From the IMG/VR virus record IMGVR_UViG_3300032334_001259, positions 1 to 64,000 of that record: a DNA stretch of 64,000 nt, one strand, 5' to 3'. Under the pieces are notes generated by a model that saw nothing but the letters and a program-made list of their open reading frames with translations, had not been told where the DNA came from and made no database searches. Both the position numbers and the translations under genes were made by a program. Of the stretch, positions 1 to 9,485 are shown piece by piece. Within the stretch, counting starts at the first letter, position 1; every line of letters begins with the position of its first letter.

Positions 1-2
1 GG

Positions 3-365
3 GTCATGCATATAAGCATCATATAAAATATGACTTGCTAAAAGATATAATTCCATATATTTTTCACTTGTAATTTTTTCATATGGATAACATATAAATG
101 TAAACTGACAGTCTTCTTTGCTACGTTGATTTACAACTTTACAAGCAGTTTGTGGAAATTTATGGCTTTCTATACGATTACGTATAACCCAACCAACTGC
201 AACTTGTCCTTCATAACCTTCACCATATGCTTCATAAAACAGCGCCTGCACTACGCACTCTGTTGGTGATTCCTGATAAACTTTTGGTTTTGGGAGTGGA
301 TCTTTAGAAAACGCAGGATAACTCACTACGATGAAGGCTACCAAAGATATAAAAAGCCGTTTCAT
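3..365 (-). CDS. SleB/Hydrolase_2-family cell wall hydrolase (3' end truncated by window; not in ORF track)
   Basis: ATG at 365 after SD GAGG. Manual translation MKRLFISLVAFIVVSYPAFS (signal-like)...ECVVQALFYEAYGEGYEGQVAVGWVIRNR...FPQTACKVVNQ...CQFTF, the typical SleB motif set. Confidence 0.85.
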   Translation of the reverse strand, partial: MKRLFISLVAFIVVSYPAFSKDPLPKPKVYQESPTECVVQALFYEAYGEGYEGQVAVGWVIRNRIESHKFPQTACKVVNQRSKEDCQFTFICYPYEKITSEKYMELYLLASHILYDAYMHD

Positions 366-379
366 TACCTCATAAAAGT

Positions 380-669
380 TGCAACTTTTCTGTTTCTAGG
401 TAAGTTGCCAACCCAAGAAATTATGCCGCTAGGCGCATTTCAACAGGTGCATTATCGTTTGCATCTATAACGTTTGTCAAAGTCTCTTCAAAGTCTTTAC
501 TGCACTTGTCGATCCTATTTCAGGCCCATAAAAGATACATCGGAAGGTAGACAGGGAAACTATTACACAAGTTCATCCGTGACTTGAAACCAATGTATCT
601 ATGGTGGACCTGGACGGTACCGCCCCGTCGTCCAACATGCTTATTTTACTCTGCGTCAACAACCGTGAC
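380..669 (-). ncRNA. ssrA: two-piece (circularly permuted) tmRNA, alphaproteobacterial type; outer ends approximate
   Basis: Acceptor piece ends GACGG-GGCGGTA-CCGTC-CAGGTCC-ACCA (CCA at 604-602). A 74-nt intervening segment (601-528) is closed by AGATACAT/ATGTATCT. Coding piece starts GGGCCTGAAATAGGATCGAC at 527, giving a 7-bp acceptor stem with G3:U. Tag ORF 462-421 reads ANDNAPVEMRLAA*. Confidence 0.95.
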
Positions 670-674
670 AAGAA

Positions 675-705
675 TATTTATAGCATCACTTATTGTTATT
701 GTCAA
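675..705 (-). promoter_or_regulatory. tmRNA promoter: sigma70 TTGACA-17-TATAAA whose -10 box is also a T4-type late TATAAATA
   Basis: Minus strand reads TTGACA ataacaataagtgatgc TATAAATA. Confidence 0.75.
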
Positions 706-840
706 GTTTAATTTCTTGTTGCTTACCACAATGTGGACAATACAGTTTTTTAGGCTCCCAATCGTCCATTACGGCGATACTAAACCACATTTTGCAAAAT
801 TCACAGGTAAAATGCCAAATTTTTTCTACGTTGGTTTGCA

Positions 841-1659
841 TTATTTTATTTTTTCCCAATAATCAAAATCACTTATCATATCATGGAATTGTGAACCAAG
901 ATGAAAACAATCTCTTGCATAGTAATCATTCTTTCTGCAAATCGCTGCCGCTTTAAGAATTTTATATTGTTTAGGAACGTAAACATTACAATCTAATTTA
1001 GATACAACATAATGAATAGCATCCCAACTTCTTTCATATGATATTTCTATTTCTTTTTGTGATGCTAAAAAATCAAAATAAAATTCACGCTTTTGTTTTT
1101 GTAATTCCATATCATTTGCAAATTCTTTAATTAATATAGAAATATTATTGTCTTCTAAATCCCACGGACCAAAATTATTATCATTATAATTTTCAGAATG
1201 TAAAAATTCACGTCTTGCTTTGTGTAATGAGTAAATGAAGATGAAAATATTTTTTGGTAAAACTTTACTTGTCCAAGACTTTAATAAACGGTATGCTACT
1301 TCTATACCACCACCACTTTGACCAAAATTATAAAATGAACCACCTAACTTTTGGTTAATTTTATATGCCCACGTATCTTCTATATTAAGACCAACACCAT
1401 CTGTTAAACTACAACCAAAAAACATATTAACATCATTATAGTTTTGTGTATAAAAGTCATCATATGTTCTAAAACCATAATTGTTATACAAATACTTTAT
1501 TTCAGTATTGATCCAATTATTCTTTTTTAATAATGCCTGATTGTTTTTTAGATTATATTCAAATAAGTTTTTACTGTCATTACCTATAAAATTATAAACA
1601 GTATGTGGCTTAAATAGCTTGTAACTATTTGAATAATTTTCAAAGAAATTATCTGTCAT
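841..1659 (-). CDS. SGNH/GDSL-like hydrolase-fold protein
   Basis: FFGCSLTDG block I-like motif, NFGQSGGG block II, C-terminal DxxH (RDCFH). Start moved to MTDNFF (TAATG coupling). Very AT-rich. Confidence 0.55.
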   Translation of the reverse strand: MTDNFFENYSNSYKLFKPHTVYNFIGNDSKNLFEYNLKNNQALLKKNNWINTEIKYLYNNYGFRTYDDFYTQNYNDVNMFFGCSLTDGVGLNIEDTWAYKINQKLGGSFYNFGQSGGGIEVAYRLLKSWTSKVLPKNIFIFIYSLHKARREFLHSENYNDNNFGPWDLEDNNISILIKEFANDMELQKQKREFYFDFLASQKEIEISYERSWDAIHYVVSKLDCNVYVPKQYKILKAAAICRKNDYYARDCFHLGSQFHDMISDFDYWEKIK

Positions 1660-4600
1660 TAGGTTCTTATTGTAGTAGTTTGTCCATCGGGACCAGCACC
1701 ACCCCACGGAGCAATTACGTTACGGTCCATGCCAGTATTAGTAACCTGCAACAATTGGTCATAAACATTGCCTAACTTTTTAAGCAGATTGGCTAAAACT
1801 TTATTACCAAGTAATGTATTACGTAAACCTTCTATATTTTGTGGTGTAAGCTGTGCCAACATTTCTAACATGCCATAAGTCATTTGTTCTGTTGCAAATG
1901 GATTGTTATATTTTGTTGTTCCAATATCACCATAAAGAATCTTGTTTACAATGCTTAAAATTGTAGTAACAAACATATCATTATCAGTAAGAATTAAACC
2001 ACGATTTGTAACTTGAGCAAATTGTTTTTGACTACGATCTAAACCAACAATAAACATTTTGTCACCAAGCACAAGTATATTATTATCAACTGCTTGTTGT
2101 AGTGTAGTTAAGCCAATATCTTCCAATACTTTTGAATTAGTAGTTTCCCATTGTAAATCATAGAACATTTCATCAGCTTGTGCTGGCAACATTTTACTTG
2201 GATCAAATCCTTTGTTTACCAACATTTGATTACGCATGTCTGCATAGATTTCTTGACCAGTTTGTGGAATATATGTATCGGTTAAGAAATCAGGAATATC
2301 TGGTAAATTACCGCTATAAGCATCAAGATAGAAGCCAGCAGGATCACGAAGATACTTGCTATGTGGTAATTTAAATCTTTCAACATTAACACCAAGTGTT
2401 TCAAGTGCAGCGGCATTACGACCTTGACGCATTGAGGCTTTAATAGCATCACCATAAATGTTATCTTGTGCTACACGTTCAAGATAGTCACCCATTTGTC
2501 CATAACCATTTTGCTGACCATAGTAAGGTAACCCATCTGCAAATACATAAGCACTTATTGGATTATTTTGAACTGGTGCAAATATATCAACACCCATTGC
2601 TGTGCAATGATGATTTTCTTTAAGTATTTGTGCACAACTTGCAGCATGTGCGGCTTCACTTGCTTGAATGGCTGATTGAATTGTAGGATTACTACTTGCT
2701 TTTATTACGCTTAATTGTGCTTCTATACTAGTAATTTGTGCATCTACGGCGGCATCAAGAGTAGTATAAATTGTTCCATTGATATTAATAGTATCACTTG
2801 AAGCAGGTGCGCCGCCGCCACCGCCATCGCCATTAACGTGATATTGTCCTGATAAAAGTTTGTTGAGAACAGTGATACGAGAATTTAATTCTACACCATC
2901 AGCGGTTCCCATTAAAATATTATTAGCATCTGTAATAACTGGTAAAGTGTCATTATGAATATAACCAGCAGGTGTTCCTATAAAATCTGCCATAGTAATT
3001 TCACCAATACTACCACCGCCATAACCAAATGTTTGGTAAAGTTTTGAAACGGCTTGTGGATATATTGGTGTGCTCATTTGACTCATATGATTAAGGTCAA
3101 GACCAGCATCAGTTTTGCTTAATGCTGTTCCAATATCATCAAATGTTTTTGCTTTAGTTACACCAAGACTTGTAAAATGCTGACCTAAATCACTAAATGA
3201 TTTACTTGGTCCAGTTGAATATAAATCAGGACACATATAACTCATATCTGTTAATTGTCCAAGATGATCAATTTTTTTACCCAAATTAAATTGGCTACTC
3301 ACAGCACCAACCGCTGTTGGATCATTTATACTGTTTAAAATAGATTGCACTTTTGCATCATATTGTGGATTATCGATACCAGCAATAGGAATATTATTTT
3401 TAACTAACTTCTGTGTAAGACCTGTTGTATTTCCTAAACCTGCATTCAGAATTTGTTTTGCAACACGTGCAGGTTGTTGTAATCGCAACATATTTGTTGT
3501 ATCAAAAGTTCCAAGATTTTGTAAATTACTTGCGGCGGCTGGTAGATTACTTGTGAGTGAACTCATACCATAACTTATAACACCATTATTATTAACAAAG
3601 TTTGCACCCATAGCACCTGGTCCGTAAGCACCAAAACGTAGAGCACTTGCTTCTGCAGCTGCACCTACAATATTATTGCTTATTCCACCAAATGCATTTG
3701 CTAAACCCATAGTTTGAACAAAACTGGCACTTGCACCTGCACTGGCACCAGCAACCATATTCATTCCAACACGTTGAATCATACCATTAAGACCACCGTT
3801 GGCTGCAAATTGTTGAACTGCATTTGGTAAACTTAACGGATTACGTAATACACCATTAAGTGGACCTAAAAATCCACCAATTGCACCACCTAACGCACCA
3901 CCTACTCCACCACTTACTATTTGTGTAATTTCTTTTGGTAATACACCAGTTAAACTTGGTAATATTCCACCGCCAATATTTGATAATCTATCAAACATAC
4001 CACCAGATAGTTGATTTAATGGACCAGTAGCTTGTCCAAGAGCTTGTCCTAATCCACCTCCTAAAAGTCCACCTGCTTGACTTAATGCACCGCCCATAAG
4101 TCCTGTTATTCCTGTAGCTCCTAAAGCACCAGTAGCAACAGATAATGCAGTGTTAATTGCCGCACCTAAACCATTTAAAAAACCAGCACCAGCAATTGCA
4201 CCAAAAATACCCATACCTGCACCAGCACATCCTGCTCCAGTGCCAGGTGCGGCACCTTTTGCATTTTTTGCTAATTCTGCGCTTGGTCCACCTTTTGTTA
4301 CTTTACCATCATAGGTTCCATTTGCAAGTGCGGCTTCATCTGCACGACGACCAGGATTTGCACTTAATGAACCTATTTCATTAGACATTGCAGTGCTATC
4401 ACCAGTTCTTGCTGCACCCACTGCATCACTTAAACATGTACTTCCTGGTCCATAATTGTAAGCTAAACTTGTATAAGCGGCTTGTTGTTCCGCTGTCATA
4501 TTGCTCCAATAAGGTTCGCCAATTCTATTGGCAATGCCAGCTGCATATGTGTCAGTTATAGATGTTTGTAATAAACTTTGAGCACCAGCTTGATCTATGG

Positions 4601-4751
4601 TATCACCAGCACGAACTGGTGTTCCATCTGCATAATAATGATTACCATATCCAACAGCCCAACCATTAACATCCCAATATGCTTTTTGAGCATAACCTTC
4701 ATGTGCAGCAATAAAACTGGCGGTAAGTGATGGGTCTTTTAGTGTACTCAT
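1659..4751 (-). CDS. large virion/baseplate protein with N-terminal GH24 lysozyme-like domain
   Basis: HEGYAQKAYWDVNGWAVGYG (E-x8-D), SLAYNYG and RRADEA lysozyme motifs, followed by a long Gly/Ala-rich region; near the PAAR gene. Confidence 0.7.
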   Translation of the reverse strand: MSTLKDPSLTASFIAAHEGYAQKAYWDVNGWAVGYGNHYYADGTPVRAGDTIDQAGAQSLLQTSITDTYAAGIANRIGEPYWSNMTAEQQAAYTSLAYNYGPGSTCLSDAVGAARTGDSTAMSNEIGSLSANPGRRADEAALANGTYDGKVTKGGPSAELAKNAKGAAPGTGAGCAGAGMGIFGAIAGAGFLNGLGAAINTALSVATGALGATGITGLMGGALSQAGGLLGGGLGQALGQATGPLNQLSGGMFDRLSNIGGGILPSLTGVLPKEITQIVSGGVGGALGGAIGGFLGPLNGVLRNPLSLPNAVQQFAANGGLNGMIQRVGMNMVAGASAGASASFVQTMGLANAFGGISNNIVGAAAEASALRFGAYGPGAMGANFVNNNGVISYGMSSLTSNLPAAASNLQNLGTFDTTNMLRLQQPARVAKQILNAGLGNTTGLTQKLVKNNIPIAGIDNPQYDAKVQSILNSINDPTAVGAVSSQFNLGKKIDHLGQLTDMSYMCPDLYSTGPSKSFSDLGQHFTSLGVTKAKTFDDIGTALSKTDAGLDLNHMSQMSTPIYPQAVSKLYQTFGYGGGSIGEITMADFIGTPAGYIHNDTLPVITDANNILMGTADGVELNSRITVLNKLLSGQYHVNGDGGGGGAPASSDTININGTIYTTLDAAVDAQITSIEAQLSVIKASSNPTIQSAIQASEAAHAASCAQILKENHHCTAMGVDIFAPVQNNPISAYVFADGLPYYGQQNGYGQMGDYLERVAQDNIYGDAIKASMRQGRNAAALETLGVNVERFKLPHSKYLRDPAGFYLDAYSGNLPDIPDFLTDTYIPQTGQEIYADMRNQMLVNKGFDPSKMLPAQADEMFYDLQWETTNSKVLEDIGLTTLQQAVDNNILVLGDKMFIVGLDRSQKQFAQVTNRGLILTDNDMFVTTILSIVNKILYGDIGTTKYNNPFATEQMTYGMLEMLAQLTPQNIEGLRNTLLGNKVLANLLKKLGNVYDQLLQVTNTGMDRNVIAPWGGAGPDGQTTTIRT

Positions 4752-5980
4752 TTTACATTTGTCCTACTAAATGTTGGTGGTGTCCAAGAAACGTTATTAG
4801 GAACATAAACATCTGCAACTGCATTTAACAAACCAGGTATAGCAATTGGTGCACCAGTTGGTACAAGTTTACGTAAACCTTTTGCTTCTTTGCGTAAACT
4901 TAAATCTTGATTTGAAGTTAGGTTCTTTGGATATGATTTAATAGAATCCAGTGGTGTATCTTGATTAAAATATTGTTTAGCAAGATCATGATTATCAGTG
5001 ACTCTTGCTACATTTGCTCCAATTAATGAAGCTGCAACATCAACCATTGTATGTGGAATAGCTTGACTAATTGTAGAATTAAAAAATTGTGTATCATCAC
5101 CTTTAGCAGCAGTTTTAAGTACATCAACATTATACAAAGCATTCTTTACATAGCTTACATCTGTTGCAAAAACCTTTTGATTTACATCAAAATCTTTAAC
5201 AACAGAACCATTGCCACTATAAGCCAATGAGCTACCAAGTGTATAAATGTTTGTATTACTGTTACCAGTTTTTTGATATATTGTTGCTGGTAAATTAACT
5301 AAAATACCAGTTACACTATCACGAATTGGTGGATGATAATTGTTAACTACTGCTACATTTGGAATTAAACCGCTTTGTGCCCAACGGTAAAGTTGACTGT
5401 TTACAGTATACAAACCTGCTACTGTATTTGGTTCATCATACGCCGTGCCTGGTCCAATTCCAAAAAAGTTTGTTGTTGTTTGTGTATTAAAATATCGTAA
5501 ATTGCTTACATTTGCTAAACTATTTGCATTAAGATATAAACTTGTGTTGCTTATAATATATTCAACTCTTCCAAGATAGGTATTAGCATAACTTCCATTT
5601 GCAACATATAATATATCACCATATGTTAATTCTGTTGCAAAATTAGTGCTATTACCTGTAACAACTGTGCTGTTAACATTTGCAGTTATATTTCCAGTTG
5701 TTGCATAAACATAATTTGGAATATTAGCTGTCATTGCACGATAATGAAAGTTTGTTGGATTTGTATTACTACTAATAGCAACATTTGCATTAGCAGTTAA
5801 TGTTATACTTGTATTACTATTAATATTACTAACATACCCAACAAATGTGTTGCTAACATTACCAATAACAGCACCAAGTTGTAATTGTGTTAAGAATGTT
5901 GTTCCATAACCAATTACTGTGGTATTAGTTGTATAAGTTCTTATATTTCCAGTGCCGTTTGCATAATTTGATAATGGCAT
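4748..5980 (-). CDS. Asn/Thr-rich virion structural (tail/baseplate) protein
   Basis: Two copies of a GNI..N.T.V.G..T.F.T.L..G...SNTS..L.AN beta-rich module typical of tail fibre N-termini. Confidence 0.55.
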   Translation of the reverse strand: MPLSNYANGTGNIRTYTTNTTVIGYGTTFLTQLQLGAVIGNVSNTFVGYVSNINSNTSITLTANANVAISSNTNPTNFHYRAMTANIPNYVYATTGNITANVNSTVVTGNSTNFATELTYGDILYVANGSYANTYLGRVEYIISNTSLYLNANSLANVSNLRYFNTQTTTNFFGIGPGTAYDEPNTVAGLYTVNSQLYRWAQSGLIPNVAVVNNYHPPIRDSVTGILVNLPATIYQKTGNSNTNIYTLGSSLAYSGNGSVVKDFDVNQKVFATDVSYVKNALYNVDVLKTAAKGDDTQFFNSTISQAIPHTMVDVAASLIGANVARVTDNHDLAKQYFNQDTPLDSIKSYPKNLTSNQDLSLRKEAKGLRKLVPTGAPIAIPGLLNAVADVYVPNNVSWTPPTFSRTNVK

Positions 5981-6247
5981 TTACATACCTACCAATACAT
6001 CCGATTCATTTGGTATCATGATGTGACCACACGCATCATAACTTCCTAAAAATCCTTGAGGACGACCTTCAATAATTACACTGCGGCTTGCCAATACAAT
6101 TGGGTTTGCTGGATGCAAATAAGGGTGACCTGTTACATAATCACCCATACGACTAGCTGGTCTACCTTGCATAATAACGCTTTGTGCGCCCATAATAGAA
6201 ACACCACCGCCGTTATTATAAGTTCCCATTTTTGCTGGTATTGGCAT
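5981..6247 (-). CDS. PAAR-repeat spike tip protein (gp5.4-like)
   Basis: PAKMG, GRPASRMGD and GRPQGFLGS repeats; His/Cys metal ligands (GH, CGH). Confidence 0.85.
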   Translation of the reverse strand: MPIPAKMGTYNNGGGVSIMGAQSVIMQGRPASRMGDYVTGHPYLHPANPIVLASRSVIIEGRPQGFLGSYDACGHIMIPNESDVLVGM

Positions 6248-6257
6248 TTAAGCTCCT

Positions 6258-6554
6258 TTATACAGAAGTCGCCAATGTCAGTCCTGTTGTTTTTGCAAGA
6301 TACTGTGTGGCGATATCGCTTTCTGTTTTGCCAGAAAGTGCAACTGCTCTCTTATTTAACATTACAGGTTCCGTAGGTGAAACACTAAAGATTGCAGGCG
6401 CTAAACCAAATCCATTTTGAGTAGAGATCATTACCAATGGTTTAAGTAATGAGTAGGTAGTAGCACTTTCATCACTTACACGGCTAATGATTTCTTCGCC
6501 AGTGACAGTCTTAAATGTATAGACAGTATTTTTATCCGTTTTGCTGATTAGCAT
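6258..6554 (-). CDS. conserved phage hypothetical protein (Sm-like fold)
   Basis: FKTVTGEEII motif; ORF coupled to glutaredoxin. Confidence 0.55.
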   Translation of the reverse strand: MLISKTDKNTVYTFKTVTGEEIISRVSDESATTYSLLKPLVMISTQNGFGLAPAIFSVSPTEPVMLNKRAVALSGKTESDIATQYLAKTTGLTLATSV

Positions 6555-6792
6555 GTTTTCTTTCCTGTAATTGTTCGTAAGATACTTTACTTAATCCTGT
6601 ATAACCACCTTCTACTAAAAGTTTACCGTTGTAGTAAATCTGTGGCATTGTTTTGTGACCTTCACCAATAAGAAAATCACGCACACCTTCTTCCATAATA
6701 TCTACTTCTGTAAAATCTTCACCCCAACTTTTAAGTAGCAGCTTTGCACCATCGCAATATGGGCAATGATCTTTTGTATATAATGTAATCAT
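6532..6792 (-). CDS. nrdC: glutaredoxin
   Basis: CPYC active site, TMPQI, GG motif; downstream of nrdAB. Confidence 0.9.
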   Translation of the reverse strand: MITLYTKDHCPYCDGAKLLLKSWGEDFTEVDIMEEGVRDFLIGEGHKTMPQIYYNGKLLVEGGYTGLSKVSYEQLQERKHANQQNG

Positions 6793-7232
6793 TTTGTCTC
6801 CTTGATATTATTTCTTTCGCTCACACGATTACGTAAATCAGTCGTGCTAAATCTATGCTCTCTGCGATTAAAGTAAAGTTCTATGCCACGTTTTTTACAA
6901 ATATCACGACCAGTAAAATCCTTGTCACGATATTCTTCACCAAGTATACGCACATTAATTGGATACATTGCAAGAATATCTTCTAAATCTGCTTCTGTTA
7001 CATATGGAATAACTTCATCTACATAACGAACTGCAGCAAGTTGTGCATGACGTTCTACAACAGTTTGCACTGGTTTGTTTTTAGTAGGACGATCTAATGT
7101 TGGATCAACTTGCAATCCACAGATAAGATAATCACAATGATCTTTTGCCTCACGCAACATTGCTACATGCCCTGCGTGAAGTAAATCAAATGAACTGCAA
7201 CTGAAACCTATCTTTTTTATATTGTTAGTCAT
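6789..7232 (-). CDS. cytidylyltransferase (TagD/glycerol-3-phosphate CT-like)
   Basis: FDLLHAGH (HxGH) motif, YVDEV, RxxxFSTT. Confidence 0.85.
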   Translation of the reverse strand: MTNNIKKIGFSCSSFDLLHAGHVAMLREAKDHCDYLICGLQVDPTLDRPTKNKPVQTVVERHAQLAAVRYVDEVIPYVTEADLEDILAMYPINVRILGEEYRDKDFTGRDICKKRGIELYFNRREHRFSTTDLRNRVSERNNIKETK

Positions 7233-8343
7233 TTTTAATTACTTCTATCTTCCAGTCTTTTGCTTTACCACGATTTGGTATTCTATTATATAGATATGCG
7301 GCGTGAATGGTTGCAAAACTTAAATTTAATTTTTTACATAGTCCTTTAAGATTTCCAACCTGTTGATATACTTCACCCGTTGGGGATGTAAGTTTCCAAT
7401 GGTTGCTAAAATAATGGTTTTCACCAGTCGGCATTATTCTATTTTCTTTAATTTTTTGTATTGTTTCTGGACTATGATGCTTGCCATACATTGGATTATT
7501 GCTGCCAGCAGTGAGTTCTCTAAACTTTGCACGAGTTTCTTCACTGTGCTTTTTAGGTCCATAACCGCCTCGTTCTTTCTGCAATTGTGAACGTTTGGCT
7601 CTTTGGATTTCTGCACCTTCTTTGCCATATATTTGTTCATAAGTTCTTCCCTTATGATTTGGTGGTCTTGCCTCTAAACATATATTTGTTAAAATACCAT
7701 AAGGTTCATATCCCTTACGACCATATCGCAATATTAAATCTTCTTCCATATTGTAAGCAAGTTCTTCATCAATAATATCTTCTGCAATATATTCAATTTG
7801 TGGTTCTAATCCTGCTTTTCTAATAGCATCAATCTTATTTTCTTTATGAATATTATCGTTTCTTGACATATCCCAAAGATGTGTTTGTGCTCTTTTTCCA
7901 GTTCCCTTGCCAATATAAAAAGGCATATTGTTTCTTGGGTCTATGAGAGCATATATATAATACATATTTTCAATCTCCTGATTATATTTATCAAGAGATA
8001 GAGAATATATATTATTTGTGGTATATTTTTGTATATTATTTTTTAATTTGGCAAATACATTTGTATTTCTTTTATCAGCAAATGGAGTAATATCTATCAA
8101 GTTTCCATCAATATCTTGCCATACACTATGTAATATTGCCTGATATCCCCACGCACTTTCTAAAAAGTAATAGCCAAGTATTTTTTTACCACCGTGTCCA
8201 AGAATATAATTTTTTACATTCGCATGGCATATATTTTCTTCACAACTGGCATCGGGTGTGACTGGAATATTTCCCAACCAATCACAGCCAATATTACGGG
8301 CAAAATCAGCAACTTCAGTTGTTGATGGTATAAACCAAATCAA
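7225..8343 (-). CDS. free-standing GIY-YIG homing endonuclease with NUMOD3 repeats, fused to an N-terminal domain of unknown function
   Basis: YYIYALIDPR..PFYIGKG...R; NUMOD3-like KHSEETRAKF and NPMYGKHHSPETIQKI; internal TAAATA + AGGAG + ATG at 7965. Confidence 0.85.
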   Translation of the reverse strand: MIWFIPSTTEVADFARNIGCDWLGNIPVTPDASCEENICHANVKNYILGHGGKKILGYYFLESAWGYQAILHSVWQDIDGNLIDITPFADKRNTNVFAKLKNNIQKYTTNNIYSLSLDKYNQEIENMYYIYALIDPRNNMPFYIGKGTGKRAQTHLWDMSRNDNIHKENKIDAIRKAGLEPQIEYIAEDIIDEELAYNMEEDLILRYGRKGYEPYGILTNICLEARPPNHKGRTYEQIYGKEGAEIQRAKRSQLQKERGGYGPKKHSEETRAKFRELTAGSNNPMYGKHHSPETIQKIKENRIMPTGENHYFSNHWKLTSPTGEVYQQVGNLKGLCKKLNLSFATIHAAYLYNRIPNRGKAKDWKIEVIKND

Positions 8344-9437
8344 AGACTAAATCCATTGAAAGTATTCTTGTCAATGTCTTGTTTAACACCACCAATGACA
8401 TACGAACTCACCTGCACTTGTTGGGGAGCCACCTGCACTTCTGCACCAGCAATCCACTTTTGTGTCCAAGGTAGCGGATTATTCTTTGTAACATATGGCT
8501 GACCAAGACCAACTGCTTGCATACGTTTATTAGCAATAAACTCAACATATTCTGCAAGTAGTTGATAGTTAAGACCAATCATACTACCATCTTTGAACAA
8601 GTATTGTGCCCATGCCTTTTCTTGTTGGACTGCATCATCAAACAACTTGATAGCTTGTTCACGACATTCTACTTCAATCTTTTCATAATCTGGATCATCT
8701 TTTGGAAGAATCTTCAACAGTGACTGTGTGCCAGCAAGATGTAGATTTTCATCACGTGCAATGAATTTGATAATCTTGGCATTGCCTTCCATCTTCTTCA
8801 ATTCAGCAAATGCCCAACTACAAGCGAATGACACATAGAAACGAACACCTTCAAGAATGTTCACACTCATAAGTGCAAGCCATAATGCTTTCTTATGTTC
8901 ATATGAATTTGTTTGATGTCCAAGAGCATGATTATTATTCAAATCAATTAGTTTGTCATAAAGTTCTGTAATATCACCAGCACAATCAACAATCTCTTGA
9001 ATATCCATCATCTCATCAAATACTTTTGATGGGTTAGCATACACATTGCGGATGATATGTGTATAAGAACGAGAGTGAATAGTTTCACTAAATGTCCATG
9101 TTGTAATCCAAGTTTCTAATTCTGGAAGTGAACAAATAGGACCAAATGCTACTGCTGGTGCACGACCTTGCACAGAATCAAGCAGAATCTGGCGTTTAAG
9201 ATTACTTGTAAAGATATGTTGCTCACTTGCTGTCAAATCTTTGAAATCTTTAGCATCACGCAAAATATCTACTTCTTGTGGTAACCAAAAGAATGATAAT
9301 TGTTTTTCGGTAAGTTTTTCAAACTGTTTATACTTTAGTGTATCATATCGTTGGATACTTACACCACCATTTGGGTCTAAAAATGCCAAAGCCTTTGTGT
9401 GATCACTCTTATCATTTGCGTCAAATACTGTACTCAT
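8340..9437 (-). CDS. nrdB: ribonucleotide reductase class Ia beta subunit
   Basis: FFW.PQE, LLDSVQ, ETIHSRSY, EGVRFY and RDENLH di-iron ligands; C-terminal SSY. Confidence 0.97.
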   Translation of the reverse strand: MSTVFDANDKSDHTKALAFLDPNGGVSIQRYDTLKYKQFEKLTEKQLSFFWLPQEVDILRDAKDFKDLTASEQHIFTSNLKRQILLDSVQGRAPAVAFGPICSLPELETWITTWTFSETIHSRSYTHIIRNVYANPSKVFDEMMDIQEIVDCAGDITELYDKLIDLNNNHALGHQTNSYEHKKALWLALMSVNILEGVRFYVSFACSWAFAELKKMEGNAKIIKFIARDENLHLAGTQSLLKILPKDDPDYEKIEVECREQAIKLFDDAVQQEKAWAQYLFKDGSMIGLNYQLLAEYVEFIANKRMQAVGLGQPYVTKNNPLPWTQKWIAGAEVQVAPQQVQVSSYVIGGVKQDIDKNTFNGFSL

Positions 9438-9485
9438 AACAACCTCTTTAAAATAATTATAACAAAATTATGTCAGTTGCACAAA

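Noticed and set aside
584-956. Two plus-strand ORFs (92 and 87 aa)
   Set aside because: They overlap the tmRNA, its promoter and the SGNH gene antisense, and have no motifs.
4748-5980. Many N-x-S/T sequons as glycosylation targets
   Set aside because: These are expected by chance from the Asn/Thr-rich composition, and no oligosaccharyltransferase is visible.
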